Part shown: piece by piece, positions 58,148-64,000 of the stretch | How positions within the stretch are numbered: the stretch's first letter is position 1 | Layout: every line of letters begins with the position of its first letter | Assembly: GCA_963662435.1 (NCBI GenBank) | Contig: OY759598.1 | Span: forward strand, 2,450,507-2,514,506 | Source: Dehalococcoidia bacterium | GTDB taxonomy: Bacteria; Chloroflexota; Dehalococcoidia; Lucifugimonadales; VXLM01 | Direction of reading: 5' to 3' | DNA: 64,000 bases | The notes under the pieces: generated by a model | Seen by the model: only the letters and a program-made list of their open reading frames with translations | Told to the model about the DNA's origin: nothing | The model's database searches: none | Program-made: the position numbers and the translations under genes

Positions 58148-59369
58148 CAGGGCAATCGCATCTTATTGGGCAAGGACCTTGAGTAGATAGTCATTGTCCC
58201 AGGCGGCGTCTTTTCGTTTGCCGGCGAGGCTGCGCTTGGTGGACTTTTCGGCCTTGAGCAGATTCAGGGCCATGCGGCGTAGCACAGAGAAGTTCTCTGC
58301 CCCGTTCCCGCTACGCACCCGGCTTCCATCCTCATTGAACGTCACGTCCAGCGACCAGTGCAATTGGTTCTCTATGCTCCAGTGGCTGCGCACCGCGTTG
58401 AGCAAGACACTCGCATCGTTTGGCAAGCTCGATATGTAGTAGCGCGACTCCACCGTCGTCTTGCCACCGACGAGTCGCTCGCCTTCCACCATCACCAACG
58501 TATTCAACCCCGGCCACTGCCCATCATCATCCACGTATCTGATGTGGTCGAGATCGGACACGGCCCAGCATCGACGAGTCTCGACTCGTCCGTGACCCGC
58601 ATTTATCGTCTCGTGGTAGTCGTGGTCGAGACTGTCGAAGCCGGACTTACGGGCAAGGTCGAAGGTGTCATGCACATCCTCGTGCAGGCGGCCCTGGTTC
58701 TTCTTGACCGCCAGCACGTAGTCGGCTCTCTCCTCCAGGATCTTCGATGCGACCTCCTTCTGGCAGCCCATGGCGTCGATAGTCACGATGCACCCTTCGA
58801 CCTGGAGCATTTCGAGCAGTCGGGGTATAGCCGTGATCTCATTGGAGCGCCCGTCTACTTTGGTCTGTCCGAGTGCTACGCCGCTCGCAGAGGCCCAAGC
58901 GCTGACCATGTGGATCGCATCCTTCCCTATATACCGGTCGTGCGAACGACGCACTCTCTTGCCGTCTATGGCTACGACATCACCTTGCAGAACCTCTCGC
59001 ACAGCCAACACCCACTCGGTGAAGCAGCGCTCGAACTGCTGAGCATCCAGCTTGGCAAAGACCCTGCCAAACGTGTCGTGGGATGGAATACCGTTAGGGA
59101 GGTTCAGCATCTTGCGCAGCCAGTCCGACTTGCGCCTGCCAAACGCCTCCACGTCCACCCAACTGTCCGCACCTGCTATGACACCGCAGAGCGCAATGGT
59201 GACGATGTCCATTAGATTGTGGCGTTTGGTACGGTCAATACGCGGATCGACCAAGCTGCCAAAGTGTTCGGTCAGGGACGCTGTGTCACTCGCCATGGGT
59301 CACTCTCCACATGAGATTGACCCCAATTCTATAACTTGTCTAAGACTTCATTTAGATGCGATTGCCCTG
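58148..59369 (-). mobile_element. ISAs1 family insertion sequence (1222 bp)
   Basis: Perfect IR CAGGGCAATCGCATCT / AGATGCGATTGCCCTG. 10-bp duplication GGCTGCCTAG at 58138-58147 and 59370-59379. Confidence 0.95.
58163..59296 (-). CDS. ISAs1 family transposase
   Basis: GIPSHDTF, IDGK, NEITAIP, TIDAMGCQK, HGRVETR and HWSIENQLHW motifs. Confidence 0.95.
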   Translation of the reverse strand: MASDTASLTEHFGSLVDPRIDRTKRHNLMDIVTIALCGVIAGADSWVDVEAFGRRKSDWLRKMLNLPNGIPSHDTFGRVFAKLDAQQFERCFTEWVLAVREVLQGDVVAIDGKRVRRSHDRYIGKDAIHMVSAWASASGVALGQTKVDGRSNEITAIPRLLEMLQVEGCIVTIDAMGCQKEVASKILEERADYVLAVKKNQGRLHEDVHDTFDLARKSGFDSLDHDYHETINAGHGRVETRRCWAVSDLDHIRYVDDDGQWPGLNTLVMVEGERLVGGKTTVESRYYISSLPNDASVLLNAVRSHWSIENQLHWSLDVTFNEDGSRVRSGNGAENFSVLRRMALNLLKAEKSTKRSLAGKRKDAAWDNDYLLKVLAQ

Positions 59370-59386
59370 GGCTGCCTAGCAGACTC

Positions 59387-59416
59387 TTGAACCAAAACTG
59401 CCCCTTGTGATATTGT
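59387..59416 (+). promoter_or_regulatory. Sigma70-type promoter, copy 2 (would drive RNA plus NYN gene)
   Basis: TTGAAC-18 bp-TATTGT with an extended TGn. Confidence 0.65.
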
Positions 59417-59422
59417 TCATAC

Positions 59423-59484
59423 ACCACCCCTATCGCTTCGCCGGTAGGGTCGAGACCGCCCTCCGAGGCGGTCTCTGTCTTTTT
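59423..59484 (+). ncRNA. Putative two-hairpin small RNA/leader with terminator, copy 2
   Basis: Hairpin 1, then a 9-bp perfect hairpin 2 followed by TGTCTTTTT. Ends 14 nt before the NYN start. Confidence 0.55.
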
Positions 59485-59498
59485 GCAGCGAGTAGTGA

Positions 59499-60128
59499 TT
59501 GATTACCAATGTCTACATAGACGGCTTCAATCTCTACTACCGCGCACTTAAGGACACCACCTTCAGGTGGCTCGATCTTCGGAAGCTAGCCGAGACTCTC
59601 TTTCCCCAGGACAACATTCATAGGGTCTGCTACTTCACCGCTCGGCTCGATGCGCGTCCCGGTAATCCCAACCAGCCCCGCCGTCAACTCATATATCTGC
59701 GAGCTCTGGCGACGCTTCCTGACTTCGAGGCCTACTATGGCACCTTCCGTACTGGGGTCAAGCGCCGACCGCTGGCGGAGCCATTACCGGGGCTGCCGAC
59801 TCACGTCCTCGTCAGAGACTCCGAGGAGAAGGGTTCGGACGTGAATCTTGCCACTCGCCTTTTGGTGGACGGGTTCAAAGGGGAGTACGAGCAGGCGGTC
59901 GTGGTCTCGAACGACGCGGACTTCGCCAGCGCCATGCGGTACGTGAGGGACGATTTGGGGCTACGTGTCACGCTGGTCAATCCCGACGCAAGGAACGCCA
60001 GCCCCAGGGAGTTGGCTGAGGCTGCAACCTACGTCAAGCGCCTGTGGAAGAGCCACTTGCGACGGAGCCAGCTTCCCGAAACGGTGACGGACGAGATAGG
60101 CGACATCACAAAGCCCACCGGGTGGTGA
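59499..60128 (+). CDS. NYN domain (PIN-like, LabA/DUF88) ribonuclease
   Basis: VYIDGFNLYY, EEKGSDVNLA and VVSNDADF carry the conserved acidic residues. C-terminal KPTGW. Confidence 0.9.
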   Translation: MITNVYIDGFNLYYRALKDTTFRWLDLRKLAETLFPQDNIHRVCYFTARLDARPGNPNQPRRQLIYLRALATLPDFEAYYGTFRTGVKRRPLAEPLPGLPTHVLVRDSEEKGSDVNLATRLLVDGFKGEYEQAVVVSNDADFASAMRYVRDDLGLRVTLVNPDARNASPRELAEAATYVKRLWKSHLRRSQLPETVTDEIGDITKPTGW

Positions 60129-60176
60129 CTCTCCCGATATAGGAGGAGACTGGCCGGGCTTGAATAGCCTTCGCCC

Positions 60177-61409
60177 CTACACAAACCCTCGCAGCTTGGC
60201 GGCGTGGTGGACGCGGCCTACGCCGAGGAGGAAGGCCGCCTCTCGGAAGGTGACCTGTTCGCGCTGGACTATTTCCCAGACGTCGCGGTAGGCGCTCGAC
60301 ATGATCTTGTAGAGCTCGGAGCTGACCTCTTCCTCGTCCCACTTGTGCTGGTAGAGGTTCTGCGTCCACTCGAAGTAGGAGCCGACGACGCCCCCGGCGT
60401 TGACGAGGATGTCTGGCAGGACGTGAATCCCCCGGTCGTTGAGGATGGCGTCGCCCTCGGGAGTTACCGGGTGGTTCGCGGCCTCGACGACGACGGCGGC
60501 CTTGACGCGGTCCGCGTTGCCCTGGTGGATGACGCTCTCAATGGCTGCGGGTACGAGCACGTCGCAGTCGAGCTCCAGCAGATCGGTATTGTCGACTTCG
60601 TCTGCGCCGGGGAATCCGACGACTCCGGCACCCTCTTGCAGGTGCTCGACGACCTTCGGGATGTCCAGTCCGCGCGGGTTGTAGATTCCGCCTTCGATTC
60701 CGCTCACTGCGATGACCTTGCAGCCCATCTCGTGGGCGATCCGGGCGACCCAGCTGCCTACCTGCCCGAATCCCTGAACGACGACGCGAGCGTCCTCGAC
60801 GGTGAGTCCCATGTCCCTCGCGGCCTCTCCCATCACGTATACGGCGCCGCGTCCGGGTGCGGCGTCGCGGCCCACCGAGCCGCCAAGCTCAATAGGCTTG
60901 CCGGTTACGACGCCCGGCGTGTAGCCGGCAATTGCGCCGTAGGCGTCCATCATCCAGGCCATTGTCTGTGAGTCGGTGCCCATGTCGGGAGCGGGAATGT
61001 CGCGGTTTACGCCCAGCAGGTGGCGGATGTTCGCGGTGTAGCGCCTTGTCATGCGGTTGAGTTCGGACTCGCTCAACAGGCGTGGGTCGCACTGGATCCC
61101 GCCCTTTGCGCCTCCGAACGGGATATCGACGACAGCGGTCTTCCACGTCATAAGGGAAGCGAGCGCCCGCACCTCGTTCACGTCGGCGGCGGGATGGAAT
61201 CGCGTTCCACCCTTGTAGGGCCCACGGGCCGCGTTGTGCTGGATGCGATAGCCGTTGAAGACCTTGATCGAGTCGTCATCCATGCGGACCGGCACTGAAA
61301 CGGTCAGCTCCCGCCACGGCTTCTTCAGGAGATCGCGGGTCCCGTCATCGAGTCCCAGATGGTCGGCGGCACGGCCAAAGAACTGGTTCACTTCGTCGAA
61401 TGCGTTCAT
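60177..61409 (-). CDS. gdhA: Glu/Leu/Phe/Val (glutamate) dehydrogenase
   Basis: GPYKGG, GGAKGG, DIPAPDMGT, QGFGQVG and NAGGVVGSYFEW motifs. Confidence 0.92.
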   Translation of the reverse strand: MNAFDEVNQFFGRAADHLGLDDGTRDLLKKPWRELTVSVPVRMDDDSIKVFNGYRIQHNAARGPYKGGTRFHPAADVNEVRALASLMTWKTAVVDIPFGGAKGGIQCDPRLLSESELNRMTRRYTANIRHLLGVNRDIPAPDMGTDSQTMAWMMDAYGAIAGYTPGVVTGKPIELGGSVGRDAAPGRGAVYVMGEAARDMGLTVEDARVVVQGFGQVGSWVARIAHEMGCKVIAVSGIEGGIYNPRGLDIPKVVEHLQEGAGVVGFPGADEVDNTDLLELDCDVLVPAAIESVIHQGNADRVKAAVVVEAANHPVTPEGDAILNDRGIHVLPDILVNAGGVVGSYFEWTQNLYQHKWDEEEVSSELYKIMSSAYRDVWEIVQREQVTFREAAFLLGVGRVHHAAKLRGFV

Positions 61410-61539
61410 GTGATTTGCCTCGCGACTACCGCCTCATGCGGCCTTTAATCTCGTTAACGACCGTCGCGGATAAAGGTGTATTGGTCTGCATGATACAGTA
61501 AGAGCAATTCTCACCCCACACATTGCATGGGAGGCGGAA

Positions 61540-62064
61540 ATGGAAGTCTGGGACGCCCTTCGAACGCGGTTGACGGTGCGGCAGTTTAAGCCCGAGCCGG
61601 TGCCGGACAAGATCGTTACCAAGCTGCTGCAGGTAGGGTTATGGTCGCCAAGTTCGCGCAACCGGCAGCCGTGGCACTTCATCGTTATCAAGAATCGAGA
61701 GACGCTGAGAGAGATCGGCGGCATAACTACCTACGGGCCGTTCCTGGCCGACGCGCCGTTGGCAATTGCGATCGGCATGGACAAGCGGACGGCGGACAGG
61801 CCCGACCTGGACAGCGGGCGGGCACTCCAGCAGATGGAAGTGCTGGCATGGTCGGAGGGGATGGGGACGTGCTTCGTTGCGTTCCATGAGCCCGATCAGA
61901 ACCGGGGCGCGAAGGATATCATCGGGATGCCCGACCACATCGAGTTGATAACCATCATGCCGTTCGGCTATAGGCACGACCACGTCAAGGGCATACGTCG
62001 AAGGAGGAAGGACCTCTCGGAGGTGGCGCATTCCGAGCGGTTCGGGGACGCATACGGCGGCTAG
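61540..62064 (+). CDS. Nitroreductase family protein
   Basis: RLTVRQF, SPSSRNRQPWHF and GMGTC motifs. Confidence 0.9.
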   Translation: MEVWDALRTRLTVRQFKPEPVPDKIVTKLLQVGLWSPSSRNRQPWHFIVIKNRETLREIGGITTYGPFLADAPLAIAIGMDKRTADRPDLDSGRALQQMEVLAWSEGMGTCFVAFHEPDQNRGAKDIIGMPDHIELITIMPFGYRHDHVKGIRRRRKDLSEVAHSERFGDAYGG

Positions 62065-62094
62065 GCTCCCCCAAATCCGACACTCCCTCAGCGG

Positions 62095-62390
62095 AGGCTG
62101 ACCGGGGGTATGTATTTGCCCATCGCTCCACTCCCCATTGACGAGTAAGCAACCCCGGCTCTGTCATTCTGAGCGAAGCGTAGCGGAGTCGAAGAATCTA
62201 AGTTGGTCGTCCCAACGTAAAGCTGACATTGTAAAGTCTTACGCTTTTTTCGCTCTTGGTCACGATAGAAGCGTGGCACCGGCTATCCAGTCTTGCGGTC
62301 TTGGACTTTAGATTCCTCGCTACGCTCGGAATGACAGAGAGACGGGGCGGAATCATAGCCACAATCCATTTTACATAAGCCTGTCAGCCC
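62095..62390. mobile_element. MITE-like family B copy 3
   Basis: AGGCTGACCGG / CCTGTCAGCCC ends with flanks AGCGG/GGCGG. Interior matches copies 1 and 2. Confidence 0.78.
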
Positions 62391-62437
62391 GGCGGAGGGG
62401 AGACTGTGGGTCACTTTGGTGCCACCCGGCAAGGTCA

Positions 62438-62562
62438 CCCTTCGACAAGCTCAGGGCGAACGGGGGGTTTGGTAGGTCAGGGCGAACGGGGGTTTGGTAG
62501 GTCAGGGCGAACTGGGCGTAACGCTGCTCAGGGTGAACGGGACCTCGCCGGTCGGGCGTAAC
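62438..62562. repeat. REP-like repeat with 25-26-bp tandem TCAGGGCGAAC units
   Basis: TCAGGG(C/T)GAAC at 62451, 62477, 62502 and 62528. Confidence 0.8.
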
Positions 62563-62589
62563 GGGTGTCCTTTTCCGTACCCCCTTAAG

Positions 62590-63522
62590 TCAGTCCTCGA
62601 GCTTTACGGGGTTTCGGAGGGTGCCGACGCCCTCCACTTCGGCCTCGATGATGTCGCCGACCTGGATCTCCTGGGTGGCTCCCGGACCGCCCGTGCAGAT
62701 GATATCCCCCGCGCGCAGGGCGTGATAATCGGACACTTCGCTGAGCATTCGGGGGATGGTGAAGACGAGATTGCTCGTGTTCCCCGTCTGGACGACATTC
62801 CCGTTGATGCGGAAGGTGAGATCAAGGTTGTAGCGGTCTTCAATCTGGTCTTTCGGGACTATCCACGGTCCGACGGGAGCGCTGGACTCGAAACACTTGT
62901 AGCGCGGGCCCATGTCCTTGACGCCGCGTAGCGTCAGGTCGTTGAGGACGGTGTAGCCCCAGATGTGATCGTCTATATCGTCCTCGGCGATGCTCATGCC
63001 GTCCCTGCCGATGACGACGGTCAGCTCCGTGTCGTAGACGAGAGGCTTTGGGTGGTAGTTCTTCGGGTAGACCACGAACTCGTCGGGGCCGACCACAACG
63101 CCGCTCATCTTGAAGAAGATGCCGGGGCTGTCCGGCTGTTCCGCTCCAGCAAGCTCGGCGTGGCTGACGTAGGTATCTCCCATGCAGATGACCTTCGTGT
63201 CGGGCACGATGGGCGCCTTCAGGGTCACGTGGTTGCGGTCGAAATGAATCGCCTCGCCGGTCGGGCCCTCGTTAGCGCCGTTCTCGATCACCCAGTGCAG
63301 TCCCCGTCTGGCGGCAGACAGGGCAGCGTCGCCGGCCCGCAGGAAGTCCTGAAGGTCGGTCGGGACCAATTGGTTGGCGAGCCGGTAGGCGTCCTTGATG
63401 CCGTAGTCTTCCGAAAGCTGGGTTACGGCGCAGAGGTTCAGGTCGTAGAGCCGGTCGCCATTCATGCTCCCAACACGCTCGCCCGAGCTTCCCACGTAAT
63501 TTGACAGGTATATTTCTTGCAT
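62590..63522 (-). CDS. Fumarylacetoacetate hydrolase family protein
   Basis: ELTVVIG, GYTVLNDLT, PVGPWIV and GDIICTG motifs. Start trimmed to ATG of MQEIY. Confidence 0.9.
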   Translation of the reverse strand: MQEIYLSNYVGSSGERVGSMNGDRLYDLNLCAVTQLSEDYGIKDAYRLANQLVPTDLQDFLRAGDAALSAARRGLHWVIENGANEGPTGEAIHFDRNHVTLKAPIVPDTKVICMGDTYVSHAELAGAEQPDSPGIFFKMSGVVVGPDEFVVYPKNYHPKPLVYDTELTVVIGRDGMSIAEDDIDDHIWGYTVLNDLTLRGVKDMGPRYKCFESSAPVGPWIVPKDQIEDRYNLDLTFRINGNVVQTGNTSNLVFTIPRMLSEVSDYHALRAGDIICTGGPGATQEIQVGDIIEAEVEGVGTLRNPVKLED

Positions 63523-63609
63523 CGTTAAACTCCAGGGGTTCAACTGGCACTTACTTCGCACCGTTCGCGCTCGGCGAAGGATACCGAGCACGAATTGCCC
63601 GGTCAACGT

Positions 63610-64000
63610 TCAAACGGGAAGGGCGACGACCTCGTCACCAACCCCGATGTCGAGACGGTGTGCCGCGCTTCCAAGGTTCTCCGCGATTTCGAGATAGCCG
63701 TGGCTGCCAATGAGGGCGAGCAGACCGTCGGCGTCTGCGAATGTTGCGCTCAGGCCGTGAATTCTCGTGTTGGCAATATCCACGACGATATCGCCTTGTG
63801 GCAGCTGAGAGGCTGGAATGTTTATGACCACATTACCGAAATGGTCGACATGAACGACTCTGCCCGTTACCGCGTCTCCCTGTCGCTCGATGGTGAAGAG
63901 GTTGAGGACTGTTATCTCGTGCAGGCGACCGCCCAGGCGTTCAGGGAGTATTCCGGACGCGAGGTGGGCGGCGGCAGGGGTGAAAATATCCCTGCCGTGA
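63610..64000 (-). CDS. SAM hydroxide adenosyltransferase/chlorinase-fluorinase (DUF62) family, 5' truncated by the window edge
   Basis: Own translation gives HGRDIFTPAAAHL, VDHFGNV and GSHGYLEIA. Confidence 0.88.
   Translation of the reverse strand, partial: HGRDIFTPAAAHLASGILPERLGGRLHEITVLNLFTIERQGDAVTGRVVHVDHFGNVVINIPASQLPQGDIVVDIANTRIHGLSATFADADGLLALIGSHGYLEIAENLGSAAHRLDIGVGDEVVALPV

Overview
A GC-rich bacterial chromosomal window with about 55 CDS. I recognised no rRNA, tRNA or CRISPR array. The gene content (DUF1800, NHL-repeat and DUF5666 proteins, futalosine-type quinone genes, tandem sulfatases, PhyH/M19/Gfo-Idh-MocA enzymes, apparent leaderless promoters) suggests Chloroflexota, Dehalococcoidia/SAR202-like; this is inference only. 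Housekeeping and metabolic genes include argG, valS, gdhA, ubiD-mqnP-ubiX, a Trk K+ cluster, comF and a thioredoxin. There is also an OmpR/BaeS-like two-component system beside a MacAB-like ABC exporter with a giant (~910 aa) adaptor. Intergenic DNA is crowded with REP-like hairpins and at least two MITE-like families that nest inside each other. Two intact-looking IS elements (IS1182 and ISAs1 families) have visible inverted repeats and target duplications. Accessory genes include two hicAB pairs, an orphan ParD-like antitoxin, a PD-(D/E)XK nuclease and a NYN-domain RNase. The best candidate for an undescribed system lies downstream of valS. A sigma70 promoter, a ~60-nt two-hairpin RNA with a terminator-like tail and a NYN ribonuclease gene form a type III toxin-antitoxin-like layout. 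The promoter plus RNA is present in two copies, and the RNA part is more conserved between them than the promoter spacer. All product calls come from motif recognition, not database searches.
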